Source: Paramoeba atlantica
Lineage: Eukaryota > Protista > Discosea
DNA length: 64,000 nt
Assembly (NCBI GenBank): GCA_977017575.1
Contig: CDRNVI010000187.1
Location: 49,704-113,703 of the forward strand
Direction of reading: 5' to 3'
Shown here: piece after piece, positions 13,047 through 23,950 of the stretch
Layout of the letters: every line of letters begins with the position of its first letter
Position numbering within the stretch: the first letter of the stretch is position 1
Notes under the pieces: generated by a model
The model's database searches: none
Seen by the model: only the letters and a program-made list of their open reading frames with translations
Told to the model about the DNA's origin: nothing
Program-made: the position numbers and the translations under genes

Positions 13047-13253
13047 ATGGCTTGTCCTGGATGCGGTTCTCCTAATTACTCGAAAGGTCTTTTTCCCTTT
13101 TTCTTCTCTTTCCAACTTCCTTATTGAGTTAACACGCTTTGTGTTCCAGGTGGTGGTTCCCCAAAATGTGGTGGCTGCGGCGCCCAACAACCAAGCAATG
13201 TCTGCTCGAAGTGCAAGACCAACTACTGCTCGAAGTGTGGGAGTCGAAAGTGA
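13047..13253 (+). CDS. Two-exon 47-aa Cys-rich microprotein with four CxxC motifs (putative double zinc ribbon)
   Basis: ATG at 13047; intron 13087-13149 (GT, pyrimidine tract, TTAAC, CAG); TGA at 13251. Product MACPGCGSPNYSKGGGSPKCGGCGAQQPSNVCSKCKTNYCSKCGSRK. Absent from the supplied ORF track. Confidence 0.75.
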
Positions 13254-13303
13254 TTGAGAAATTTACTTCTCCTTCCTGGCCCAATAAATATTGAATATTT
13301 GAA

Positions 13304-14050
13304 ATGATTGTGAAGAATTCGGTTTCTGTCGCTTCCGTGAATTTATTTCATTGGAGAAAATGGCTCAGTACAAGTACAGTCTTTTGATTTTTTCACTTTC
13401 TCAAAAAACCAACTCTTTTTCTGCTTCAAAGCAAGCATCATCGTCAAGACGTCACGCCAAGGTGAAAGGCACAAAGACAGATGCTGATTTTACAAATTCG
13501 GTGCAAATTCGGTGAACGTCCCGGCGTTTTTTTTTTGCTCCTTTTTTATTGAACTCGTTTTTGTTTCTCTTTTTGTCTCTCTTTTTGTTTCTCTGTCGGA
13601 TCCCCAAATGGCATCGTTGTGGATGGGAGGCTTTTGATTGAGAGATTTCATTGAATTGGACCGACCAATTTCCCTTCCTCTCTTTCCTTCCGCTCTTTGA
13701 GATTTGAAGAGCTTGATTGACGGAGAGAAGAAGAAGATGGAGGAACATCATGTGGTTCGCCTTCTCTTTCTTCCATCTTGTTGCTCCTTGGAGAAAGGAA
13801 AACAATCAAAAAAAAAGTTTGGGAGGAGAGGAATTCGGTGGTCAGAGTGGCTGAAGTCCTTCGACCGTTTCTTTCTTTTTCCTCGATGGTTTTTTTTTTC
13901 TTTTCCATCCTTTTCTTTTTTGAATTTTTTTTGTTAGGATGGTGAAACGGCTTTCAGATCAGACAGAAGCAAGTCATTTTGAGCGCATCTTCAGCTTTAA
14001 AAAAAACCTTGAGCATCAGTATCTTTGGAGAAGAATGATGTTGGGATAAT
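13304..14050 (+). CDS. Possible multi-exon gene of unknown function (exon structure unresolved)
   Basis: T-rich intron-like tracts on the + strand (e.g. 13888-13937, GT...TTAG) separate CpG-containing, protein-like segments (MEEHHVVRLLFLPSCC...|MVKRLSDQTEASHFERIF). No family recognised. Confidence 0.3.
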
Positions 14051-14501
14051 TTTGAGGTATGACATGGTCTTCCATTTGGGTAATTGTTGAGAGGTAAGGA
14101 ATTATGGGGGTGTTCTGCCTCTTTTTTTACTGACCAACAGAGAAAAAAAATTAAAATCAAAAATAAAATATTTCTGGCTTGAAAAGCGGCTCTAAGATGA
14201 AAATATTTTTTGAGCTCTGAGAGTTCATCTCCAATAATCAAGAACAAAAACATTGAAAGAAATGAGAACACATTTAAACAATGAAAAAATATGGATCACA
14301 TCATTACTGTTCTTTTCTGAGAATGGATCTATTCTTTTTTAGATAAATTTTTTGGGCATTTTCAGAATCCTTTCAAGAGATCCAAAAAAGAAGAAGAGAG
14401 AAGAGAGAAGAGAGAAGAGAGAAGAGAGAAGAGAGAAGAGAGAAGAGAGAAGAGAGAGAGAACAGAAAAGAGAGAACGATCTTTCCCTTTTTTTTTTTTT
14501 T

Positions 14502-15076
14502 TCAACGAGCATGTTTGATATTGACATCACCTTCAACTGCAGTTTTCATTCGAAAAATTTCATTTTGTGCTATTGCCACTTGAATGAGCGAATAACAAGA
14601 ATAAAAATATCCAATCAAACAATCCTCAATTGGCATGGAACAGCGCCAACAACAGCCAATTTGACTCGAACAAAGAAAATCAAATCTCTCTAAATGTTCC
14701 CCAAAATGTCTCTCATACCCCAGAAGAAGCCCAAAAAGACATGGTACGACAAGACAGATAAATGATGAAAGTTCAACACCACGGCAAGACCAAGGAGGAT
14801 ATCGTTCAAATTGAGATTCTGTCAATGGATTTTCAGGAGTGCTCTTGGTTAAATCAACCCCAAAATAATATGTTTGATCATATAATGGAAAAGGACAGAG
14901 AAATCCCCACAAACATAAACTTCTTCCTCCTTTTCAAACAAAAAAAGAATGAATTTTGACCCCGCCACTTTTTGGTCTCTCAAAAGAGAAGAAAAACAAA
15001 GAAGAAAAAAAAAACCAGAGCAACAATCAAGGAGACCAGTTGGCCATGGTTCACGTTCAATTGTTGTTTCTTCCAT
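14502..15076 (-). CDS. PLAC8/DUF614 Cys-rich membrane protein; two exons
   Basis: MEETTIEREPWPTGLLDCCS|GGRSLCLWGFLCPFPLY...CCWRCSMPIEDCLIGYFYSCYSLIQVAIAQNE matches the PLAC8 W-x-x-GL-x-DC and C-terminal Q...E pattern. Confidence 0.75.
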
Positions 15077-15476
15077 CTTTCACACACATCACCCCCACAC
15101 TTTTGTTTTTCTTTCAAAATACCAACCAACCCAGTCGAGAAAAAAAAAATTAAAATCAAAAATAAATTATTTCTGGCTTGAACGCGACTCGAACTTGGGC
15201 TGACCAAAACCTTTTTCTCTTTTTTGCAGTGATTTGTGAAATCCATGTTCGACAAAAATTCTCCAAATTGCCATTCAAACAGAAATATTTTCAAGAAAAT
15301 CCAAGCTTTCTTTGGAAGATTAATGTTATGCACCCTTCTTGTTTTTTTCAAATCACTGAATTTCAAGAAAAATCAAACCAACAACCCTGAACCAAAGTTT
15401 TTTTATTTCCATTGCCAAGGATAAAAAAAGAGGGAAATAAAAATTAATTATCAAATAATGAAGAATAGGGAAAAGC

Positions 15477-16979
15477 TCACTCCCTCATCTCAAGCTCATC
15501 TCTCCTCAAACGCCTCATCTCTTGTATTTCTTGAGCGAGAGAACAACAATGACAGAAAAAATGAAGCAAACAATCACACCAAACACTTCCCTCCAGAGAA
15601 TACCGCAACCTCATGTCAACACGATGAATAAAACCCAACACCCACTGAGAACAAGAACAACAACAACAGAGAAAAATATAAACAAAACACCACAATGTAC
15701 TTGAACTCTCCTCCTGGTTTCCTTCACGGAGTGCTTGAAGATTCCCAAAGTTTACACAAGGACAACAGAGATCTCTGAGGTCACATCCCCACATCCCATA
15801 TTCCCATGGATCCTGAGGAGTTATTAGTGTTTCCTCTCTTCTTTCTCCTTCTTCTCCTTCTTCTCCTTCTCTTTCTCCTTCTCCTTCTCCTCCTTCTCCT
15901 CCCAAATCCATGAGCAATACTTCATCCAGGTGTTCACCTCCTCTTTCCATAGAGAGACCAGCATTTTCAATCTCATTCTCATCAACATATCCCTTCCAGG
16001 TTGGTTGAAATTTAACAATCAATACAACAACCCACAACAAACACAACCAACCAACACACAAAAGAACAAAAGAGAAGATTCCAGAGTACAAATACAACCA
16101 AAAGAAAGATAACGTGTCATAAAATGAAGAGTATTCAGAGTAGAACTCGAGTAACCAAGCAATAACAAGCAAAAAATCTGCGAAAAGTAACACACACACA
16201 AACCCAACCACCAACTCACGTTGTCGAATAAAAAACACAATCAAGCACTTCCCAACCAATGACACAAACACCACAATTGAAGCAATAAAGAAAACTACAT
16301 CCAAGGGACCAGAAAAAGAAAATGTGGGCCAGAAGGGGAAAAGATCAAACATCGAGGCAAAATACCACACACTCAACACTCCCCACACCCTCCATGGTGT
16401 CACTTTTGGGCGAAGAGAGAGAGAATTAACTTGAGCTCCTTCTCCTTCTTCTCCTTCTGTGCAGTTCTCCATCTTGCTGTTGGATAACATCCATCGCCAG
16501 CTGATGTAGTAGAAGTATGTTGTGGCAGCAACAACAGACAGATGAATGCATGAGGAAAAGAAGTTAAAGTATTCAAAAAAGAGGGGATCGATATAATCCC
16601 AGTCGAAAAAGTCACGATGTTCAATAAAGGAGTAAGTAACAGCGATTGCCATTTGGACATACCCAAGGATATTGGTGAGAGCGGCCAAAAAAAGGAGGCG
16701 AGAGGATGTTTTCCCTCTCAGATGAAAGACCAAGAGGGAGGCAGTTGTGAGGAGGATTGAGACAGTGAAGAAGAAGAAACAGAGGAAGAGTCGTGGAGCT
16801 GAGCGTGGATTATCGTTCCTGAAGTCAGCAAAAAACTCAATGAGGTTCCTTGATGATTCCAGGATCAAAAAACCATAAATTGGCATTGAAAGGCCAAGAA
16901 AAGGGATGAGAAAGAGAGGAAGAGTTGGGTTTACTTCTCCTGTTGAGGACAAAAGAAAGATTTCTTTCACCCATTCCAT
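15477..16979 (-). CDS. Intronless multi-pass membrane protein (~8 predicted TM segments) with a C-terminal PLAC8 domain
   Basis: Uninterrupted ORF (15477-17234 in the track; likely ATG at 16979, ~500 aa). C-terminus WEYGMWGCDLRDLCCPCVNFG...RVDMRLRYSLEGSVWCDCLLHFFCHCCSLAQEIQEM is a canonical PLAC8 domain. Confidence 0.88.
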   Translation of the reverse strand: MEWVKEIFLLSSTGEVNPTLPLFLIPFLGLSMPIYGFLILESSRNLIEFFADFRNDNPRSAPRLFLCFFFFTVSILLTTASLLVFHLRGKTSSRLLFLAALTNILGYVQMAIAVTYSFIEHRDFFDWDYIDPLFFEYFNFFSSCIHLSVVAATTYFYYISWRWMLSNSKMENCTEGEEGEGAQVNSLSLRPKVTPWRVWGVLSVWYFASMFDLFPFWPTFSFSGPLDVVFFIASIVVFVSLVGKCLIVFFIRQRELVVGFVCVLLFADFLLVIAWLLEFYSEYSSFYDTLSFFWLYLYSGIFSFVLLCVGWLCLLWVVVLIVKFQPTWKGYVDENEIENAGLSMERGGEHLDEVLLMDLGGEGGEGEGEREGEEGEEGERREETLITPQDPWEYGMWGCDLRDLCCPCVNFGNLQALREGNQEESSSTLWCFVYIFLCCCCSCSQWVLGFIHRVDMRLRYSLEGSVWCDCLLHFFCHCCSLAQEIQEMRRLRRDELEMRE

Positions 16980-17444
16980 GTTTGTTGTTTGGAAACTTTT
17001 GAAAGCGAGGAAGAGCGTGAGAAAGGCGAGAAAGGAGGAAGAAGGAGATAAGAAGGAAACAGTCAGAATAAATCGAGGAGTCCCGGATTCTTTGAGACAA
17101 ACCTTTTTCGCTGAATTCTCTGTTTCGATTTTTCCTTTTTCCGTTTCACCTTTGGTGATGATTTTCTTTGTCAGGTGGCGAAGGGGAAGAAGAAAGGAAG
17201 AAAAGAGAGAGAGATTCAAAACCTTGACGAACAAGGACGACTTGAGATTTTCGAGGTTTTCTCGCTCTTCTTCTTCTTCTTTTCTCCTTCATTTCTCTTT
17301 TTTGAATCTCATCATTTTCTTTGTTTCTCTCACTTCTTTTTTCCTTTTTTCCTTTCTCTCTCCTTCTTTCACTTTTGTTCCCTCAATGTTTCTTTTTCTT
17401 TTTCTTTTCTTTTCTCCACCTGCTGATCCAGTTCTAATATTTTT

Positions 17445-18400
17445 ATTCAAAATAAAAGAATCATCAATGGTTGCTCAGAGAAACTCTGAAAGAGAGAGAC
17501 AACAGATCGAGGGAGTTCCCTACAACCTACACAACAGGTTTCATTCATTTTTTTCATTCATTTTTTTCATTCAATTCTTTTTTAAAATTTTTATATCTTT
17601 ATTAAATATTATTTATTACAGGATTATCTTGGGGGGTTGAGGCTGTCTCTGGGGCTGTCGCTGGTCATATCAATTCTCTTGAAAAACAAGTTCTGAACGA
17701 ATTTACTCAAAAACCTTCTCAGCCCTCTCTTTTTCACAGCAGCGATCGAAAATGACCGACTTTCGGGAAGGGATGTCCAAATTGTGGGGGTTGGTCTAAT
17801 AATAGAACTCAGAAATGCCCTTCTTGCCAAACCAAATTACCAAAAGAGCGATCAGCAAAGAAGCTTACTGGAAAAACTTTAAGACTGGCAAAAAATCTAA
17901 ACTACGAGTGATTTTCAGCTTTGTGGATCAGAATCAAAAAAAGATCTCCTGATGATTGATTGATGTGAATTTGATTGGAACCCAAAATGCATTGAATGAT
18001 ATTCCTTGCAACTCAACAACCACTCGCAACCCTTCATCTTCTGCTGCTGCTGTGCTGCCAAGTCTAAGCATGGACCCAATGGACGAGAATCCTTCCAGCA
18101 AAGAAAGTGTCAAGCGGATCCTCGAGCAGATTTTGAAGGATATTCCTCTGGGTCCTCATTCTTTTTTGCCAATTTGCACCATCTCATGGTCCCATTGAAG
18201 TTTCTTTTCAAATTTCAAAAAGAAGAAGAGAAATTTCAAAATATTCTTCCAATCCTTGGCTCAGGGCATGAGGAATTGAACATATGTTGAAAGTGTTCAA
18301 CTCCCTTGTTTGGCCTCTGTGGGGTAAGACAGTTTTTTGCCTCTATCTCTTCATTCATTCATTCATTCTTTCTTCTCTCCTCAGGTAAAGACTTTGACAG
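17445..18400 (+). pseudogene. Fragmented ORF of unknown, possibly transposon-derived, family
   Basis: Protein-like segments in shifting frames (GLSWGVEAVSGAVAGHINSLEKQVLNEF; CPNCGGWSNNRTQKCPSC; ENPSSKESVKRILEQI; ILGSGHEELN) with stops and GT-AG introns at ~17538-17622 and ~18324-18384. Confidence 0.4.
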
Positions 18401-18899
18401 AAATAAAAGGAGTGTTAATGATAAACACAAATTGTGTATGGAAATTAAATTATGATTTATTTACAAAACATAGTCACAGGTGTTACACAACAATATGTCA
18501 TTGGAGTCACACAAGGGAGTCACAGGCATGTCAGCAAATAGTGCCAAAGATGAGATTGTGAACTCACATGGGGAAATAATAACCCACAGAGAAATGGACT
18601 GAATTGAGGAACATGGAAAACAATAGAAGGGACCAGGAGGATAAGGAAGAGACTGAAATGAGGGCAAAAGGATAACATGGGAAAGATGCAGAAATGAGTG
18701 GATCATCATTGAACAAATAAGGAAGTGTTACAACTGGATTTTAACACACTCCACAATGATTGATCACCATGAATCATCAGCAAAAAAAAATTAACTCAAT
18801 CAACAATCAAACTTCTTAGCCATTTAAACCTCCCACTTGACTTGAATGATTTGGTTAGAATATCTGCAATGTTGTAGTTTGTTTTGATGTAATCAATGT

Positions 18900-19390
18900 G
18901 AGCATGACCAGAGTGGAAAAATTCCAGAATTCAATGGCAGCAAATATCAATGTAGTGTAAATGAGAGTTCTCAGGATCATTCTTCTTGACCAAGGCAATC
19001 ACAGGTTGTGAGTCAGTGAAAACAGTGGGAACAAGAGGATAGTTAAAACTAAGAGTATTCAACTTATTCACAAGATTGATAATCCACATCAGCTTTTTCA
19101 TTTCATCACTCAACACAATATATTCAACCTCTGCAGAGCTTGTTGCAGTGCACTTCTGTTTGTTGGAGGAGAAAACCACCAGAGTTCCACTCAAGAAAAC
19201 AACACAGCCAGAAGCAGACTTGTGATTCAATTGAATATTTTTGAAACTTGAGTCCACCATTAAGGTAAAGGAGGAGTCATTGTCTTGATTAACTGTGATA
19301 CCAAGGTTGAAAGTGCTCATCAAATATCAAACCAGATGCTTGATGGCTCCCCAGTGCTCAATGTGAGGATCTTTTTGAAATTGAGACAAA
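18900..19390 (-). mobile_element. Degenerate Ty1/Copia LTR retrotransposon fragment (RT C-terminus and RNase H)
   Basis: KDPHIEHWGAIKHLV*YLMST...MVDSSF...KSASGCVVFLSG...SNKQKCTATSSAEVEY...VFTDSQ...HYIDICCH follows the Copia RNase H consensus. Confidence 0.85.
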
Positions 19391-19392
19391 AG

Positions 19393-19635
19393 GGTTGGTG
19401 CTTGTAGTTTAGTCATAAATTCAACTATATCCAACCCCAGGGGGGTGAGTTCAAATCCCAGTTTTTCGATATTATAGAAAATTTTTCTGGTGCTGTAGAG
19501 TGATTTGATTGGAGTGAAGAGCTCTTGAAGAAATGTGAAAATCAAAACAAGTTACATCTCAGCCCTGTCTGCTAAAAAGTTGAGAATAAATTCCCTTGGA
19601 AAAAGCTTTGAATTATTCTCCCTTCTGATGTGCAT
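19393..19635 (-). repeat. 243-bp dispersed repeat, hypermutated copy (partner at 28907-29149, inverted)
   Basis: Gapless manual alignment to 28907-29149 with 19 differences. Confidence 0.93.
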
Positions 19636-19939
19636 AGTTGAGTCCTCTACAGAATAGTATAGAAATAGAGACAAAAACAGAGAATAAGAACAAAGAACAA
19701 AAAAAGAACAAGCTTGGTTCAATGTCTTTTATTAAATGTGTTCCAAAAGCCAAAAAGAACAAAAAAAGTTTACACTTTTTTGCCCACAAATGGGTCCAAA
19801 GAACAAAACCTCTTTTGTACAAAAAAGAACAATAAATAATTTACAATTATTCACAATTAGAAAACACATACAAAACAGTTCAGTGTTTCTGCTCACCAAT
19901 AAAATGATAAAGTCAACAAAACCAACTATGACAATCCAA

Positions 19940-21795
19940 CACCCCCTGCAAGTGCACTTGCTCACAATTCACAACACAATAAAAACAAAACAAAACGAAA
20001 AAAATAAAACAACCAACACAACAAACATCACAACAGAAATAGTTCCTCATTTCTTCTTTACACACCATGTTGATTTTCTCTACTTTACATTGTATTCTCA
20101 AATCACATCATTTGCCAAAAAATCACTTGCAGGTTGCCAAGATGTCTCATCATAATATTTCCATTTGACAAGGTACTCCTTTTTGCCATCTTTGCCCTGA
20201 TCATTCAAAATTTTCTCAAATTCATAGATATCAAATAAATTCATTTCTCCTGGAATCACTTTCAATTGTGCAATAGAAACTTCTGCTTCAAGAACTCTCC
20301 CATCAATACATTCCAGTGAATAACCTTTTGTCTCATTGTTATATTTAGCAATATGAAAAGGGCCTTCCTAGCATTGCTACCATTTTATAGTTTTTTTATC
20401 CACTTTTTTCATAACTGAAGTGCCAATTGCCAGAGGTTTAGGTCACAAAGATCTTTTTTTCTGTCTCATTTCATTCACATCATCACAGCCTTTCTTACCT
20501 GCTTCTTTGGATAATTTCACAAGTGCTGGATAAACTGAATAGACCATCTTCTGATTTCTTTCTAACAATTTTTCAAGAGTTGCAACTTCCAATTCCAACC
20601 CCTTATATTTTGCTGCTTGGTTCCTCTCTTTCACAAACATCACTACAAAGGGAGTAAACTTATGTCTCAAAATATAGCAATTATTCAATGACATTTGAAT
20701 AACTGGCAAAAATTTCACCCAATTTGTTATATCTCCTTCCAGCAATTTTACAATCAAATTCAAAACTTCTCTCACATATCTCTCAACTGCACCATTTTGA
20801 GCAGAGTAATATTTCATCACTTTTCTTGATTTTGCAGTTGAAGCATTACGAAAAGCCTCCATAACTTTATTGAAAAACGATGGATTTTAATCACTTTGAA
20901 TCTCCTTAGGGACACTAAAATTCACAAAAACAGATAGCAAAGCTTCTACAACTGATTCCACTTCCTTGAAAATTAATTTATACAGTATCACAAAATGACT
21001 TGCAATATCTATTACAATAAGAACAATTGTATAGCCCTCATTCAACTCAAGCAACCCACAAATAAAATCCATACCAATTATATCCATAAACAACACTGAA
21101 GTAACTGGGGTAATCAGATGAAATCCAATTCTCCCATGATTGTATTTCAAACATACCATACAACTTCAACAGACTGTAATTACCATCCTTCTCATTGATG
21201 GTTAATAGTAGCTTGCATGAAATAGTTTCCAAACTATTTCTGAAATATCAATATAACTTTTTTCATGCTTTTCTTTTACCAAAAGCAGTTTCTCTTCTTC
21301 CTCTAGTTCTTTTTTACCAAGTACATTCCCAATAAACTCTTTAAGATATCTTTTAGTTTCTTCAACAGACTCATTCTCACACTCAAGTGCAGCAACATTA
21401 CAAGCATTAATTGTTGGTTCAGTAGAATCATTTGTAACTAAGTATTTTTCTTGATATAATCAAGAGAAATAGTCTGGTAAAACATTATGGATCCCTTTTT
21501 AATAAACAATATAGAAGTTGTAATTCAACAAAAAATCCAACCAATCCAAAATTATAAACTTTGTACTTGAATTCAAATACACAAGTGCCTTATGATCTGT
21601 CTTCACTCTAAACTTTTGCCCAAAAACATATGAATGAAACTTCTTAATCACAAAAATAATTGCCAAAAGTTCCCTCTTCAGTACAAGATAATTTTGTTGC
21701 CCTGCTTGAAGAGTTTTCAATGCAAATATAATATAATTGTCAAGTGGCGGGGTTTGGCAGAAGAAGATTGCTGAGAAAAGAAAAGAAAGGTGCAA
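19940..21795 (-). mobile_element. Degenerate Ty3/Gypsy chromovirus fragment (RNase H, integrase, chromodomain, putative PPT)
   Basis: RNase H QQNYLVLKRELLAII...KTDHKAL; integrase GMDFICGL...IQSD*...QNGAVER; chromodomain YEFEKILND...KEYLVKWKYYDETSWQP (~20120-20240); a GCAGGGGG purine tract followed by TGTTGG at ~19940. Confidence 0.88.
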
Positions 21796-22269
21796 ACTTC
21801 ATTCCATGGCAAGAGCCAGGAACGTGAAAAACAAAGTTTCTTACACATTTATTTATGAACAAGTTTCAAGCACATATTTGTTAATGTGACACCAAGTGCA
21901 AAAACAAAGAAACACACACAAATAAAAGCACACATAAGAGACACAAAGACACAACAAGTTTAAGGAAGGGAACAACAGATGATCAGGCTGAAAGATCAGA
22001 ATATGAAGAATAAACTATGCAATCAAATTAGGTCTGAAATAGAGCAAAGGTATTTTTGAAGGCACAATTCAATGATTGATCAATATCTCAGTGTGTAGTT
22101 GTCAGATTCAGATGGAACTAGCACCATTCAAAAGAGGAAGATGAGGCGCTTCAGGATAGTACATCTTGTGATCATAGAATTCACAAATAATGTTCTTCAT
22201 TAAGTCAAACATTCTTCAAACCAAGAATACTGATATTCTAACACTTCTTTTCATCATGAAGTTAATTCA

Positions 22270-23950
22270 TAGAACAACAGAGATGAATAAAGTTATTTCA
22301 ATGAAGTGTAAACACATTGAGTCCAAGAGGTTTTGTAAAAATATCAGCAAAGTTATCTTTAGTGGGCACATAATCCAATTCAATCAAGCCATCTTGCAAT
22401 GCTTTTCTTGTGTAAAGATCAAAGGCTTCAATTTGCTTAGTTCTTTGGTTTACACAAGGAATCTTTGCAATAGCCATTGCAGGTTCAGAATCAGATTGGA
22501 GCAAGAAAGGTTTTTTGTACAGGATGCACAACTCAGAGAGAATGTTATTAACAAATTTCAATTCACAGGATGCTTCAGCAAGGGCATGGTATTCAGATTC
22601 ACAACTGAACCAACAAATTTAAGGAGATTTCTTGGAACACTAGGAAATGGGGGAACCATTTGCAAAAATAGCAAAACCATAAGATGAGGATCTGTCTTCT
22701 GTAACATCTTGATGGCTTGAGTCAGCTTGGGCAGAAATCACAAGTTTTTTAGTCTTAGATTTGGATTTAAGAAACACCAATTCATAATCAGGATATTTGA
22801 CAAGATAACCTAGAATTTGCAAAGCAGCTTTGTTATGATCTTCAGTGTGGATATTCAAGAAGCAAAAGCATTGGAAAACAGCATATGAAATATCAAGGCA
22901 AGTTTTCATCAATCAAATTAAAGAACCAACAAGACTTGCATAGGAAAAATCAATAGAAGGTTCATCAAACTTAGGCATAAGCAAAACTTTACTCACAGCA
23001 GGAGTATCACTTTTTCTTATTTTGTGGCAGTCAAAACTCTTCAATAAATTGTTGAAAAAGGTACACTGATTGAGAGAAATTTTTTTGTGATTTTGTTTCA
23101 CACCACAACCAAGAAACCAAGAGCATTTTCTGCTAGGCTTCCACTTGAATCTTTCAATCAATTTGGAGTAAATCTCTTCACAGAGCTTTGAACAAGTACA
23201 AACATCCAAATTATCATCAACAACAGTTGGAAATAAACAGAAGTTTTCATCAGATTTAATACAAATGTAGAAATTGGAGTCAGCAGTCAGACAATAGAAT
23301 TGCAACTTTTCAATAAGAAATTTTTGAAAAGTCAGATTCCAACATTGTTCAACAATTGGCACACCATAGAGAGCTTTGTTCAATTAACAGAGATATTTAG
23401 GATATTCAGGATCTTTGAAACCTTCAGATTGAGTGACATAATAAACAATATCACCATCAAGAATGTTAGCTTGAATATAGGCACTTGGGACATCTTCAGA
23501 ATTTACATCAAGGTCAAACATAGCAACAATAGCAAATGTTAAATTGAGAAATTCAATGGTTGTAGTTCCAGCATAATTATCTTCTTGATTAAAATTGGGA
23601 TTTTTCACAAAATTATATTTTACATAAGAACTGTTTGCACAAAATTGAGCTTTGAACTTAGATATTACACCATTTTCAGTTTTAATTCAAAATTGCCACA
23701 GATCTTGTATAATAATGTGTTTTTTTCCATCTTTAAGGAACTTCAGGGGAGGCACCAATTTCCAAGTTTTATTTTCAATATAAACATTATATTTTCTTTT
23801 GCAGGCTTATTTCCATTCTTCTTTTTCATTTGAACAAGCAGCTTGCTTGTAGGATTGAGGGGTAACTTTGTCATTAACAATTTGATCAGTATAGAAGGCA
23901 TAGTTAAGAAAATTAAGATTTTTGTAACCATGGTCAGGTTCACCAAACAT
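22270..23950 (-). mobile_element. Second degenerate Ty1/Copia fragment (RT and RNase H)
   Basis: DVPSAYIQA...LC*LNKALYG...PTVVDDNL...FLG...YASLVGSLI*LMKTCLDISYAV...ADSSH...SDSEPA...DNFADIFTKPL. Confidence 0.9.

Noticed and set aside
12462-13190. 242-aa minus-strand ORF upstream of the TraB gene
   Set aside because: TTG start, no recognisable domain, and it is antisense to the well-formed CxxC microgene; TraB has its own ATG at 12681.
15170-15210. GTTCGAGTC B-box/T-loop motif on the minus strand suggesting a tRNA
   Set aside because: The flanks do not pair into a T-stem and no cloverleaf can be formed.
19327-23400. TGA codons in conserved TE positions as selenocysteine or readthrough
   Set aside because: They sit at consensus Arg/Trp/Gln codons and are explained by C>T or G>A mutation.
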